From a virus (lineage: Duplodnaviria; Caudoviricetes), in the IMG/VR virus record IMGVR_UViG_3300031841_003004, positions 1 through 53,364 of that record: a stretch of 53,364 nt of DNA. The stretch is one strand, 5' to 3'. Position numbers and translations under genes: made by a program. How positions within the stretch are numbered: position 1 is the first letter of the stretch; every line of letters starts with the position of its first letter. Of the stretch, positions 10,617 through 20,476 are shown piece after piece. Under the pieces are notes generated by a model that was given only the letters and a program-made list of their open reading frames with translations, ran no database searches and was not told the origin of the DNA.

Positions 10617-13600
10617 TTATTGCTGCCCTAAAGCGTGATTCTGCTTAGAGTCTGAAAAATGAGTGTTTACACAGAACAGCTCGAACTGAGTGTTCTGATC
10701 GTTGACTATTGTTATTTCAGCCCAGTGACCCCTGATAGGGTCCCCGTTCTGAGACTGAAGAGTTACGAGGACAAGGTCCTCATCGGTGTTGACCACGGGC
10801 TGACCACTGGTAGTTATTGTAGTGGAGTCTTGCAACCCGTTAAAACTAATGACCGAGTTGGCCGCTCCGATTTGCTCTAGGGTACCTGAGTTCATCCTCA
10901 TTATCGTAGCTCCATTCATAAGAGGCAATGTGTTCACCCTCTTAGTAAATGTAATAGTTCCGTTAGTGAATGACTCTATTCGACCAAGCGGTATAATGTG
11001 CATCGAGGAGTTAACAGACTCGTCTCCACCCATAGCCCCGTACAAAGTACCTTCCTTTTCAACCAGGTCGAAAGACCTAGACGAAGCCCCAAGATCAGTT
11101 GTTACGTCCTCTACATCCCACTGAGTGCTGTTGGTTTCCAGCGACAAGGCGTTAAACACCTTGACCATACTGGGGTTGTAGTTGCTTGCCGTAACGACCC
11201 TAGAGTCAGCCGTTGCCGCCCCGTAAAATCCGTTGTAGTTGTTTCCGTTGTCGTTGACCCTGTGAGCAAAGAATATCTCGGCGTTATCGTCTCCCTGAGG
11301 GTCCACATATACAGCTGAGTACATCTCACTCTCAAGGTACGAGTAAGTGTCTGGATAGAAAGAATATCTGCTTTGCCATACGTTAGAGTCCATGTTATAC
11401 CCCACCGTAAATCCATTCCAGTTACCCGCAGGTCTGAACGTTACGTAGTATGTTTTTTCTTCTGGATCATATCCGCTGACAATCTTTATTCTCGTGGGTG
11501 TGGTTGCCACGAAGTTGTCAAGTTCATTTATGAACAGAGAGTCTATGCCGTTTTCAGAAGCAACAGACAACCCCTCCCTAGTCAACCTGATCAACTTTTT
11601 CCTAAACCTGTCTACGAAGAATACAGTCCCGTCAATCATAAGAACAGATTCGGGGTTGTCCCCACATCCGAAGTCCCCCATGTAATAAGACGCATTTCCA
11701 AGCACGTTAGAGGTAAGCGACGGAATCTGTCCCTGAGTGGCCGTTGTAATGATGTCTTTGTTGACTCCGATCTGAGCAACCCTGCTTTCCTGCACCGCCA
11801 AAAGAACGCCGTCCCTAAAGGATTCTATGTACCTACACGGACCGTTTGCGGAGTCTAGGCTGTAGAAGTTCCCAAGGCTGGCGTTGAATGATGATAGTGA
11901 GAGGTTCGCAACGTCTTCTGCGTAGGCATCGCTATACACGATTCCGTTTTGCCTTCTTACGGTTGCTGAGCTTTCTAGCACCGCATGGGGCCGACCCTTA
12001 CTCCACTCTCTAGACGGGAAGAAGTCAGAGACCGAATGAGATTCGAGCGCAATGGTTACAAAACCCCACTCGTCAGGTAGCTCGGAGTTCCAGCTTCCGT
12101 TTAAGTACTTTGGCCCTGCTGCAGCAGTGGCCCTAATATAGGCGTCTCCATACACCCTGATACTGGGTCCGTGTTGAGTCAGATACGTGCCTTTGTATCC
12201 GCCACAATTTCTTGCCTCTCCGATCTCATAGTACACGTCTTGATTAGACGTTCTTGGAGTTAGCATCTCTACCACTGTGTGTTTACCCCAGAGGTGGTTC
12301 CCCGATGTGGTAGTTCCGTCTGGATAGCTTTGTCCAGTCACAGAGAACCAGTCAAACCCAGGGTACTTTAGCTCAGTGGTACCAGAAACAGCAACTCCAG
12401 CGGTGACCTGAGGGGCGTCTATTATAACAAACGTACCAGTGTGTATGTCGCTTATACCGCCAAGACTCGCGGAGGTTAGAGTGTGCTCAAAGGTTCCATT
12501 ACCACCAGAGTAGGGGAACGTTATCGTGAGAACGTCCTGAGGCCTAAGCCTACCACCACGGTGCTTTACCACCATAGACTCTACCGTGTTTGAGTTCTGA
12601 ATCTTAATTCCCTCAAACGAAGGAGGGTCTACAGAAGAGGTTACATCTGTACCTCCTCTAGAAACAGTTACTGAGGAGCTTACGAATCCAGAACCACTAT
12701 TCGGAAGAAGAGAGGGGTTAGAAAACGCAAAGTCAACTATCTGCCCCGACCTCATCGCTCTTTCAATTCCAGCTATCGGGTTGTCTTCGTCCTGACCGAG
12801 GTTAACTACCCCGACAACATTAAATTCAATAGGTACGGCGTCGGTTGTCCCGTTAGATAGAGGGTACAAAAGGCTCGCTGGCTGGTACTCTCCAACATCA
12901 GCCCCAGTAGTGGGGGAGTGCTTTATGACCCTGAGCCTGTCCCCTTCGGTAAAGGAGTACTCCTTGTTTCCGTTTTTATCTTCTCTGTAGTCCTCTATTG
13001 TTTTCAGGGAAACATAAAGCTGCTTTCTTTCCTCTTGTAGCTCTCCGTCCATATCCCGTGGGGGGAACGCATTACCTACCGTGTAAGAGTTAAAGTCACT
13101 GTATGTACCCATGCCAGAGTACACTATTTGATACTTTCTGGCCCACGCAGGGGGCTCGGAAGAGAAATCAATCCTTGCCGCTATAGCGCCCCTGTTTCCA
13201 GAGGTTCTCTCCCCAGGAGTCGGGGCGTAGAACGATCCAATTCTGTTTACGTTTCCACTTCTGTTAAACTTGTCGTAGTACACAACACCGAGGTCGTGAG
13301 TACATCCAGCCTTGAATGTAGGCTGGGCAAACAAGGTCTTCATGATGACACTTGAATCTGAAACATCCAGCACCTTCATGGATGCGATGTTTCCGTTCAG
13401 GTTAGATATCCTAAGGTTAGCGTCATCCTGACCCGTAAAAGAACCATCTACAGAAGGGAATTGAGTTGTGGTACTATTATTAGTAAATTCTGGACTAGAC
13501 ACTGACGGGTTAGTAGTGACCCTAAAGCTTTTGGGGAAAGGCTTTATCGTAATGTCTGTACTCGTACTCTCTACCTCAAATCCCATTACAAGCCTGTAAT

Positions 13601-15299
13601 CTCCACCCGTAATTCCAAGGAAGTCCCCAGAAGAAATACTTCCAGAGGTTGTTGTGGCTTTTACTTGGCTGTTGTTCGCGTTACCTGTAACTAGTTGATT
13701 TTCCCAAAATACTACATCCCCAAGTTGCTCGGATATAAACTCTTCGAGCTCATCTATAAACGAGCTTAAAGACATGCTTTCCTGAACTGCGTAAGAAATG
13801 TCTGTGCTCCAAGTCCTGTCAAATCGAACCTGGTTATCTATAGTTCCAGCCGTAACGGTAAGTGAGGGGGTGAGCTGCTCTACAACGCCCCCTACAAACA
13901 ATCCCTGTGTGCTGGAAATTGTACTGAATCCAAAGTCGAAGTCAAAACTCAGGGTCAGGTTAAATAAGCTTCCTCCAGGGACTACAGTCGATGCGCCTGT
14001 AAAGAAGTCCGTTGCATCGAAATCTAGAACAACATTGTAGTTTGCATCCGAGCCAGTAGGGGTAGCTGCTGTTGGGACCAAAAAGTCGCTCACCTCAGAT
14101 TCCGAAATGGCGATGGTATTTCCGTTTACTTCGCTTGAATACCTAAGAGAAATGGAGGCATCAACGTCAACGTTGGGCCTACCACTCTCGTAGTTTGAGT
14201 ACATTAGTCTGTTTTCTACAAGTGCCTGTCCCTCGGCTCTAAATGGTACGTCGTCATACAGTTTAAAAACCGTGTCGTCAGAGACACCCCCTTGCTTCAG
14301 GTCGTTGAAGAACCTATAGACCCCCGTGTCTGGGTTGTAAATCGTTTGATTCGATCCATACACGTTTCGAGTCAGTGCTTCATTTGCGTCAAACTCATCA
14401 ATGACAAACCAAGCCCCGTTGTTTCCTACCCTTCCCAGAAGCCTAAGTCTTTCTACATCTGGGTAGTTAACAGCGTAGAGACCGAAATTACCGAAACCCC
14501 TCCAGTTTGTCTGAATCTCACAGATGTTATCCGTGAAGAACAAAAGGCCAGATTCGTCCTCCTCAAGGCCAGAGGCAGAGATTGTGTCTGGATACGCGAT
14601 CTTGGAGTACGGGCCTATAGCAGACTCCTCTCCATCAACATAGATGTACTGCATCGCAAACTGATGCGTAGTCCTATCGAAGTTGTTTACAGAAAGACTT
14701 CTATCTGACTGAAAGACAAACGACACTGGCTGATTAGGAGCTGCCTTTATCGCGTTTAGAGCGTAGTCCAGCTCGTTATTGGAAAGGTCATCGTAGTCTC
14801 CAGCTATGGCCCTATCTACGTTTATTTTTCGAGGTGGGTTTACGTTGTCAGTGAAGTAAAGTACAGTTTGGATCACCCCGTCTTGCTGAAAAGCAGCGTT
14901 AATCACATCAGCCTTTACAAAGCTTGAAGTGGCAAAATTCAAGAACGAGCCCTTGAACACTATCCTATACGTATCTTCAGATGGGTTGTGCTGGTAGATA
15001 ACAGACTCGTCATCGTTAGTCTCGTGAGCAACGAACCAGTATATAAACCCCCTCTGACTGTCAGACGCGCTTCCGATAACTACGCAGTTCTCTCCAAACC
15101 CATCAGGTATTCTGTCTGCGGCGGTAGACGGATCTACAGCTATTGTACCTTTTGTGTTCTTTATAACACCAGTAGAATTTGGCCCGTTCTCAGCTATCGT
15201 GACGTTCAAGGCATCAAGCATTTCTCCAGCCTCAGGCCTAAGAAGCCTTTGGTCTGCGTCTGCTTGAAGTCTGTTCGGTATGGTCTTATCAATAGCCAT
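10617..15299 (-). CDS. Tail stabilization (nozzle/muzzle) protein
   Basis: 1560 aa with motifs LYFTDNVNPPRKIN, ENRLMYSNY, GVVYYDKFNRS, YMGDFGCGDNPES and YSFYPD, typical of crAss-like/Bacteroidota podophage stabilization proteins. Confidence 0.8.
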   Translation of the reverse strand: MAIDKTIPNRLQADADQRLLRPEAGEMLDALNVTIAENGPNSTGVIKNTKGTIAVDPSTAADRIPDGFGENCVVIGSASDSQRGFIYWFVAHETNDDESVIYQHNPSEDTYRIVFKGSFLNFATSSFVKADVINAAFQQDGVIQTVLYFTDNVNPPRKINVDRAIAGDYDDLSNNELDYALNAIKAAPNQPVSFVFQSDRSLSVNNFDRTTHQFAMQYIYVDGEESAIGPYSKIAYPDTISASGLEEDESGLLFFTDNICEIQTNWRGFGNFGLYAVNYPDVERLRLLGRVGNNGAWFVIDEFDANEALTRNVYGSNQTIYNPDTGVYRFFNDLKQGGVSDDTVFKLYDDVPFRAEGQALVENRLMYSNYESGRPNVDVDASISLRYSSEVNGNTIAISESEVSDFLVPTAATPTGSDANYNVVLDFDATDFFTGASTVVPGGSLFNLTLSFDFDFGFSTISSTQGLFVGGVVEQLTPSLTVTAGTIDNQVRFDRTWSTDISYAVQESMSLSSFIDELEEFISEQLGDVVFWENQLVTGNANNSQVKATTTSGSISSGDFLGITGGDYRLVMGFEVESTSTDITIKPFPKSFRVTTNPSVSSPEFTNNSTTTQFPSVDGSFTGQDDANLRISNLNGNIASMKVLDVSDSSVIMKTLFAQPTFKAGCTHDLGVVYYDKFNRSGNVNRIGSFYAPTPGERTSGNRGAIAARIDFSSEPPAWARKYQIVYSGMGTYSDFNSYTVGNAFPPRDMDGELQEERKQLYVSLKTIEDYREDKNGNKEYSFTEGDRLRVIKHSPTTGADVGEYQPASLLYPLSNGTTDAVPIEFNVVGVVNLGQDEDNPIAGIERAMRSGQIVDFAFSNPSLLPNSGSGFVSSSVTVSRGGTDVTSSVDPPSFEGIKIQNSNTVESMVVKHRGGRLRPQDVLTITFPYSGGNGTFEHTLTSASLGGISDIHTGTFVIIDAPQVTAGVAVSGTTELKYPGFDWFSVTGQSYPDGTTTSGNHLWGKHTVVEMLTPRTSNQDVYYEIGEARNCGGYKGTYLTQHGPSIRVYGDAYIRATAAAGPKYLNGSWNSELPDEWGFVTIALESHSVSDFFPSREWSKGRPHAVLESSATVRRQNGIVYSDAYAEDVANLSLSSFNASLGNFYSLDSANGPCRYIESFRDGVLLAVQESRVAQIGVNKDIITTATQGQIPSLTSNVLGNASYYMGDFGCGDNPESVLMIDGTVFFVDRFRKKLIRLTREGLSVASENGIDSLFINELDNFVATTPTRIKIVSGYDPEEKTYYVTFRPAGNWNGFTVGYNMDSNVWQSRYSFYPDTYSYLESEMYSAVYVDPQGDDNAEIFFAHRVNDNGNNYNGFYGAATADSRVVTASNYNPSMVKVFNALSLETNSTQWDVEDVTTDLGASSRSFDLVEKEGTLYGAMGGDESVNSSMHIIPLGRIESFTNGTITFTKRVNTLPLMNGATIMRMNSGTLEQIGAANSVISFNGLQDSTTITTSGQPVVNTDEDLVLVTLQSQNGDPIRGHWAEITIVNDQNTQFELFCVNTHFSDSKQNHALGQQ

Positions 15300-16123
15300 T
15301 AGCGCTTAGGTGCTTGCTTAAAGTTCTTACGAATCGTCTTGAGGAGCTCCTCTTTCGTGAAGGACTTCATACGAGCGTTAGCCTTGCGCCTTTCGTTGTA
15401 GTACTCTTGCCGAGCCCTGGCCTTCTCGTTAGCAGGAACGGCAGACTTACGCTCAATCAGCTTGTAGTAGATGTAGGACCTGAGAGCCTCCTCGGCATAG
15501 ACGTGAACTCTAGGGTTGGTTGCCCTGGCCTCGTCTGCGATGTACTCGATCACGACCTCGCTGATGTCTCCGTTGGACTTCAGTTCGAGTCTGTTCTGGT
15601 CCATGTTGACCCTGAACTCTCCGTAGTAGTGTCCACCACCCACGCCGTACAACCTACCGTGGTTATTCTCGTGAACGAAGTTCCTAAAGATGTAGGAGTT
15701 CATACCGTCGGTAATGCCATCGTCTACAGCGGGGGAGCCGCTATTCGTTGCGCTCTTGCTGTCTTCCCTGTCGTACAGGCCGTCACCATCGGTGTCGTAG
15801 AAGTATCCGCCAGAGGTAGAGTACTTCTGAGACTGGTTGATGTTCTTGTTCTCTCCGAGGACGTACACCAGGCCGTCGCTGCCTACCACGCCAACCTTGG
15901 TCCAATCCACGTAGTCGTCAGGCAGGGTAACCGTACCATTGCTAGTCACCGACAGCTTCAGAGACCGAACCACCTTGAGCATATCCATCCCCATCTCCCT
16001 GATGCCACGAAGCGCAAACGCCCTGATCGTAGTGTCAGGGGCGTAGCTCACGTAGTCGTCGGTGTCCAGAGTAAGGATGAAGTCGTTGACTATCTGATTT
16101 ACTGGTATATAGTTTCTCGACAT
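15299..16123 (-). CDS. Tail ring / tubular structural protein
   Basis: LPDDYVDWTKVG and VVIEYIAD motifs, adjacent to the stabilization gene. Confidence 0.7.
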   Translation of the reverse strand: MSRNYIPVNQIVNDFILTLDTDDYVSYAPDTTIRAFALRGIREMGMDMLKVVRSLKLSVTSNGTVTLPDDYVDWTKVGVVGSDGLVYVLGENKNINQSQKYSTSGGYFYDTDGDGLYDREDSKSATNSGSPAVDDGITDGMNSYIFRNFVHENNHGRLYGVGGGHYYGEFRVNMDQNRLELKSNGDISEVVIEYIADEARATNPRVHVYAEEALRSYIYYKLIERKSAVPANEKARARQEYYNERRKANARMKSFTKEELLKTIRKNFKQAPKR

Positions 16124-16845
16124 CAGTAGGTGCTTTCTTGTTTACGTTCGTTTTGCTCTCCCTGAGCGGTTGTGGCAACAAACTGATCTCTGAGGTTGAC
16201 CCCTATAAGCTGAGCGATCTCAATCACGAGGTCTTCCAAGTAATGCTCTGGGAGCTCGAAGTCAACAGACGTGTTTTGCGGAACGTCATTGACATCTACT
16301 ACCACAGACGGGAGGGCAACGCTGTTATCTCCCTGAGGGATCTTGTAATACCTAAGCCTGATCCTATTGATGCTGTCTGGGAAAACCTCGATGTCGTTGC
16401 TTACGAGGGCCACTGGAGCCATCTCCGTAGGTCTGCTGATGTCGCTCAGCAGCAGTCTCTCGATCTTGTCCTCGTCGTAGCACAGGTCTATAATCGTCCT
16501 TGTACTCTCCCCCATCAAAAGACTGCCATCTGTAGTCGCAGAAATTATTCTAGACAGGTCTTCAGGCTTTGCAAACACACCATTGGTTCTGTCGATAGCC
16601 TCGTACCTAGCGAAGAAGGCCAAGTCCTCTTCTATGCGCTTGAACCTAGACTTATCCCTGCCAGGGTTAAACCCAGCTCTGTTCACTCGCTTAGCATCTT
16701 TCAGCTCATCAAAGAGCCTGTTAAAGATTCTCAGCTGTGCAACCTGAGCGAAGTTGTTGAATGTCACGGGCGTAACGAACCCGTTCTGGTCTTTATTTAC
16801 CAGATCCTTGAGGGTGTTGTATACCGCGCCAACGCTTACTGCCAT
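16123..16845 (-). CDS. Tail ring / head-tail adaptor protein
   Basis: NKDQNGFVTP..FN and DFELPEH..LV..I..IG motifs. Start moved to MAVSV (16845) because a TATATTTG box occupies 16850-16857. Confidence 0.7.
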   Translation of the reverse strand: MAVSVGAVYNTLKDLVNKDQNGFVTPVTFNNFAQVAQLRIFNRLFDELKDAKRVNRAGFNPGRDKSRFKRIEEDLAFFARYEAIDRTNGVFAKPEDLSRIISATTDGSLLMGESTRTIIDLCYDEDKIERLLLSDISRPTEMAPVALVSNDIEVFPDSINRIRLRYYKIPQGDNSVALPSVVVDVNDVPQNTSVDFELPEHYLEDLVIEIAQLIGVNLRDQFVATTAQGEQNERKQESTY

Positions 16846-16866
16846 GAGACAAATATACAAAAAGAA

Positions 16867-16890
16867 AAAGCCGCACTATGGCGGCTCTTT
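16867..16890 (-). terminator. Probable intrinsic terminator
   Basis: Minus-strand AGCCGC-loop-GCGGCT stem followed by TTTTCTTTTT, just after the 16909 gene. Confidence 0.6.
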
Positions 16891-16908
16891 CCAGTGTATT
16901 CAGTATAC

Positions 16909-17724
16909 TCAGCTCTGCAGTTGTCTTTCTATTTCTTCGACCACAGGAACCGCAGTCTCTGTCAGGCAATACCTAACAAAAACATCGGTTGGGTCTTGAC
17001 CTGCTGGGACAGAAACGATCAGCTTTCCGCTGTCGAACCAGTTGACCCCAGTAGAAGACATTTTGATGATCTGATACTTTTCAGCCATCTTGAGCTTCGT
17101 CTTCATCTCAACGACAGGGTTATTGAACGAGTCGATGAACTTCTTCGGAGACTTCTTAGCGTAGATAAGGAGGTCATGCTTGATCTCGGCGACTGGGCGA
17201 TCAACGTTGATGCCAGCGGACACGGCCACGCTAAGCAGCTCCTCAAGGTCCTTGTCCCTGACCATGGTCACGGCATCAGCCAAGAGGAACTCGGTATCGA
17301 CGTGAATTTCAGCCTTCTTCTCCTTGTTGACCAGCTCGAACATAGTGCCTCCGTTAGCCTTGTTGCCTGGGTGGAGCTCCATAAACCTGTTCAGGTTCGG
17401 CTGGTCTGGACGCACAAAGATCCGCCCGTCCTGAAAGACAACAGACTTACGGGTAGCGTTGTCAGACTGCTCATCCCTCCAGACGCTGGGTTCGTTCGGG
17501 CAGTACCTGAGCTCCCTTACTGTATTCTGTTCGGGGTCAAAGACTGTCGTGCCTTTTTGCTGCATCATGAAGGTCGCCCCCATCGGTCGCAGGGTCTTGT
17601 ATTCCCTTACGACGTTCTTGGGCAAATCCCTTTTAATCTTGACAGCAGCCTTAGGCTCTGCTTTCTTGGTCGCGGTTTTTGTAGCGGGACGACCAGGTCC
17701 CCGCTTTGCGGTTGTAGTAGACAT
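16909..17724 (-). CDS. Conserved capsid-cluster virion protein
   Basis: Basic N-terminus (KRGPGRP), ELRYCPNEPS..DEQ motif, GC3-rich codons, located near the capsid gene. Confidence 0.6.
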   Translation of the reverse strand: MSTTTAKRGPGRPATKTATKKAEPKAAVKIKRDLPKNVVREYKTLRPMGATFMMQQKGTTVFDPEQNTVRELRYCPNEPSVWRDEQSDNATRKSVVFQDGRIFVRPDQPNLNRFMELHPGNKANGGTMFELVNKEKKAEIHVDTEFLLADAVTMVRDKDLEELLSVAVSAGINVDRPVAEIKHDLLIYAKKSPKKFIDSFNNPVVEMKTKLKMAEKYQIIKMSSTGVNWFDSGKLIVSVPAGQDPTDVFVRYCLTETAVPVVEEIERQLQS

Positions 17725-17746
17725 TAAATTAAATTATTGGGTTGTA

Positions 17747-18592
17747 TTAATTGAAAGTGAGAATCACCACAGAGACGTTTGCTCCGTCAGAGGATGATAC
17801 CCATGCAACGCCAGTCTTGGCGTTAAACAAAGTCGTAGACTGAGTGTCGGAAGACGCAGACGTCGGAATAACTCCAGTGAATGTGTCTGATCCTGTATCT
17901 GTTATAGTTCCAACGTAGTGTTTCATGACGGTTACAGACACGTCAGATGCGGTTGTAATCGTTACGGTTCCAGTAGCGTTAAGATTGTTTATCTGAAAGT
18001 GATAGGCGTCGTCCACAGGAAGGGTGATGCTGCTGTTTGCGGCTCCAGTTCTATTGAAGACCTTGGGAATCATCCCGTCATCAGCCGTGTCAAGATTTAC
18101 AGCGGTTCCCCCTACGGTAGTCGGCTCAAGTTGATTTGCATAGAACGGACCAGCTGCCGCCTGAGAAACATCGCTAGTGTCAAGAACGACCACCCCAGTC
18201 TCACCGTTTACAGAGTCGACAGGAGCGCTTCCAGTAGCCGAAGCCATGTCCGTCTCAGAGATAATTCTCCATCTGTTGTTATCCCACACCACGGTAACGG
18301 AATCACCCGTCTCTTGAAGGGTGGCGATAGTCGTTTCAGAACCAGCGTTTCCTCCGTTATCAAAGATGGTGTAAGAACCGACGCTACTTGCTACAGCTTC
18401 AACAAACACGACCGTACCGACGTGAGTTGGCACCCCGATTTTAAGGGTCATATTAGTAGAAGAGTCGATGGACACCCTACTGGTAAGTCCATTCCAATTT
18501 GCTCCGCTGTTGGCGTCGATGTCCGCATCGGCAACTGCTTGAGTTGCTCCGTCCAGATACACTGGTATTACATGTCTTGAGGATCCTCCCAT
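17747..18592 (-). CDS. Putative head fibre / decoration protein
   Basis: Thr/Ser/Val-rich with the VDSVNGETGVVVL fibre motif. Shares TGDxVTxxWD..WxII with the 18658 gene. Confidence 0.5.
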   Translation of the reverse strand: MGGSSRHVIPVYLDGATQAVADADIDANSGANWNGLTSRVSIDSSTNMTLKIGVPTHVGTVVFVEAVASSVGSYTIFDNGGNAGSETTIATLQETGDSVTVVWDNNRWRIISETDMASATGSAPVDSVNGETGVVVLDTSDVSQAAAGPFYANQLEPTTVGGTAVNLDTADDGMIPKVFNRTGAANSSITLPVDDAYHFQINNLNATGTVTITTASDVSVTVMKHYVGTITDTGSDTFTGVIPTSASSDTQSTTLFNAKTGVAWVSSSDGANVSVVILTFN

Positions 18593-18606
18593 AACTGCAA
18601 ATATAA

Positions 18607-18638
18607 AAGAAAAAAACAGGGGCCGAAGCCCCCGTTTT
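18607..18638 (-). terminator. Intrinsic terminator with UUCG tetraloop
   Basis: Minus strand GGGGC-TTCG-GCCCC followed by TGTTTTTTTCTTTT. Confidence 0.75.
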
Positions 18639-18657
18639 CATAGCGTTGTAATTGGTA

Positions 18658-18996
18658 TTAGGAAGCAGCGTGAGCCATTCCAGCAGACTGGTCAATTATA
18701 AACCAAGCCAGTCCATCCCACATAAGCGTGACGAAGTCACCAGTAGCATTGATGTCTATAACCTTATCTGCGGCAACCCTAGGGCTGGCAACAGTAACTT
18801 CACAAGCAGCACTGGCGTGAACGTTGATCACCTTTTTGATCTGTCCTTCTTTAGTTCCGTTTGCAAGAGTCATATTGGCGCCGTCAGCAACAGCGACCGT
18901 AGACAGGTAAGTACCAACACTAAGGGCCCCATCAGCGACCAAGTCCTCTCTTTCTGCATTAAAGACAAGAGGAAACATATTTGTATCAATAGCCAT
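18658..18996 (-). CDS. Putative capsid decoration protein
   Basis: 112-aa beta-rich protein (TLANGT.EGQIK, GDFVTLMWDG.AW) directly after the major capsid gene. Confidence 0.55.
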   Translation of the reverse strand: MAIDTNMFPLVFNAEREDLVADGALSVGTYLSTVAVADGANMTLANGTKEGQIKKVINVHASAACEVTVASPRVAADKVIDINATGDFVTLMWDGLAWFIIDQSAGMAHAAS

Positions 18997-19018
18997 GTTT
19001 GTACTTATTGAGAAGATT

Positions 19019-19044
19019 AGGAAGGGGCCGAAGCCCCCTCCTTC
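19019..19044 (-). terminator. UUCG hairpin after major capsid gene (leaky terminator or stabiliser)
   Basis: Minus strand GGGGC-TTCG-GCCCC stem, extendable, with only a weak U-tract. Confidence 0.55.
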
Positions 19045-19056
19045 ACTTCAGGTTAA

Positions 19057-20454
19057 TCAGGTAAGCAGGACGTGCTGGTTAGCAGCGCGGGTCACGAGGT
19101 TGCACTCGGAGCGGTAGTGGAACTTAGCCTCGTCCACATCGTTCGTCGTGTAACCAAGGACACCACCACCTTCCATCCAGTGGTCGAGCTCACGACTGTA
19201 GCCGTTGGTCTCCTTGTAGTTCATCTCCAGGGCAGGGGAGTGATTGCCAGTCTTGGCATCAGCCACCGTGCGGAGCGGAACCATAGCACCCTTGAACGGC
19301 TTGTTGTCAAAGGCACCGAGCAGGGTCGGGTCGCTCAGGAGCTTCCAACCGTGCTTGTGGAAGGTGTAGCTACCTCTGGTGAAGCTCTTGAAGCCCAGCT
19401 TGACAGCCATGTCAGCGCTGTTTTGGAAGGCTCCGAACTGACCAGGAAGACCAGCGGTGGTCTGCGTAGCGATACCAGCAGCAAGCATGTCGTCGATGTT
19501 CAAGGACGTAGCCGTGTCAACGTACATAGCGTACTCCTGCGGAGCACCCTGCTTGTCGAGAGCGAAGATCAGCTCGTCGATGTCAGCAAAGCCAGCACCG
19601 TCACCGAAGCTACCCTGCGTGGTGATACCACGACGGCCAATGGCCTGGAAGTAACCCTCGGATCCCGTGATGTCCTCACCAGTTCTGAGATTGAGGTCTG
19701 CGTTGCCGTCACCGAAGTTCGTGCTTCCTTCGTCAACAGAATTAACCGTTTGACCGAGAAGCATCATCATCTCTCTCTGGTTCATGAAACGCTTACGAAC
19801 GTCCATCTCGCCCTTCACGTACCAGCGGTACTCACCGCCACCGAGGTTGATCCAGCCGATGTTCGTGGCCTGAGAACCAGTCACGCGGAAGGACTCCTTG
19901 GTGATGAAGTACGGGTTGACACGCTTGATGACCTGCGTCTCGTAGAACTCGTCGGGCTGACCCGTTCCTTGAGCGTAGATGTTGCCGATGATGGCGCAAT
20001 CCTCAGCAGCAGAACCGTCTTGGGTAATGTTGCTTCCGTCCATGCTCTTACCAGTGGTGGAGGTCAGAACAATGATTCTCTGTCCAGCCTCGGTAAGGAG
20101 AACGTCGTTGACGCGGGCAGCCTTGCCAGAAGCGAAGGCCAGCGTGCAAGTTCCGTTGTTGGGGGTGGCACCAGTAATGGTGACGCTTGCAAGCTTGTGC
20201 AGACGACCCTCCTCCCAGTACTGAACTTCGTCAGCGGTACCGCCAGAGCGAGTAGCGCCAGTCAGTTGGAGAAAACCAGTGATACCCTGATCACCGTAGG
20301 TATTCACCAAGAGGTCCCTGTTGTCAGGCTTGGTGACGTCGATAAGGTCTCCGATGGAGACATACTTTGAGGGGTCGGTCTTCAGAGCAGCCTCCAAGTT
20401 GGACGGCGTGACGTTTGCACCAACACCCGTGTTTTTGATGCTAATAGCACTCAT
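19057..20454 (-). CDS. Major capsid protein
   Basis: 465 aa with strongly GC3-biased codons. Motifs YGDQGITGFL, YWEEGRLH, VTGSQATNIGW, GSEGYF, LGFKSFTRGSYTFHK and HYRSE. Follows the scaffold gene. Confidence 0.85.
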   Translation of the reverse strand: MSAISIKNTGVGANVTPSNLEAALKTDPSKYVSIGDLIDVTKPDNRDLLVNTYGDQGITGFLQLTGATRSGGTADEVQYWEEGRLHKLASVTITGATPNNGTCTLAFASGKAARVNDVLLTEAGQRIIVLTSTTGKSMDGSNITQDGSAAEDCAIIGNIYAQGTGQPDEFYETQVIKRVNPYFITKESFRVTGSQATNIGWINLGGGEYRWYVKGEMDVRKRFMNQREMMMLLGQTVNSVDEGSTNFGDGNADLNLRTGEDITGSEGYFQAIGRRGITTQGSFGDGAGFADIDELIFALDKQGAPQEYAMYVDTATSLNIDDMLAAGIATQTTAGLPGQFGAFQNSADMAVKLGFKSFTRGSYTFHKHGWKLLSDPTLLGAFDNKPFKGAMVPLRTVADAKTGNHSPALEMNYKETNGYSRELDHWMEGGGVLGYTTNDVDEAKFHYRSECNLVTRAANQHVLLT

Positions 20455-20476
20455 GATATTGTGTTGTTGTTATTGT

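Noticed and set aside
16138-20370. Long plus-strand ORFs (16138..17727, 19072..20370)
   Set aside because: Antisense shadows of codon-biased minus-strand virion genes, with no recognisable protein features.
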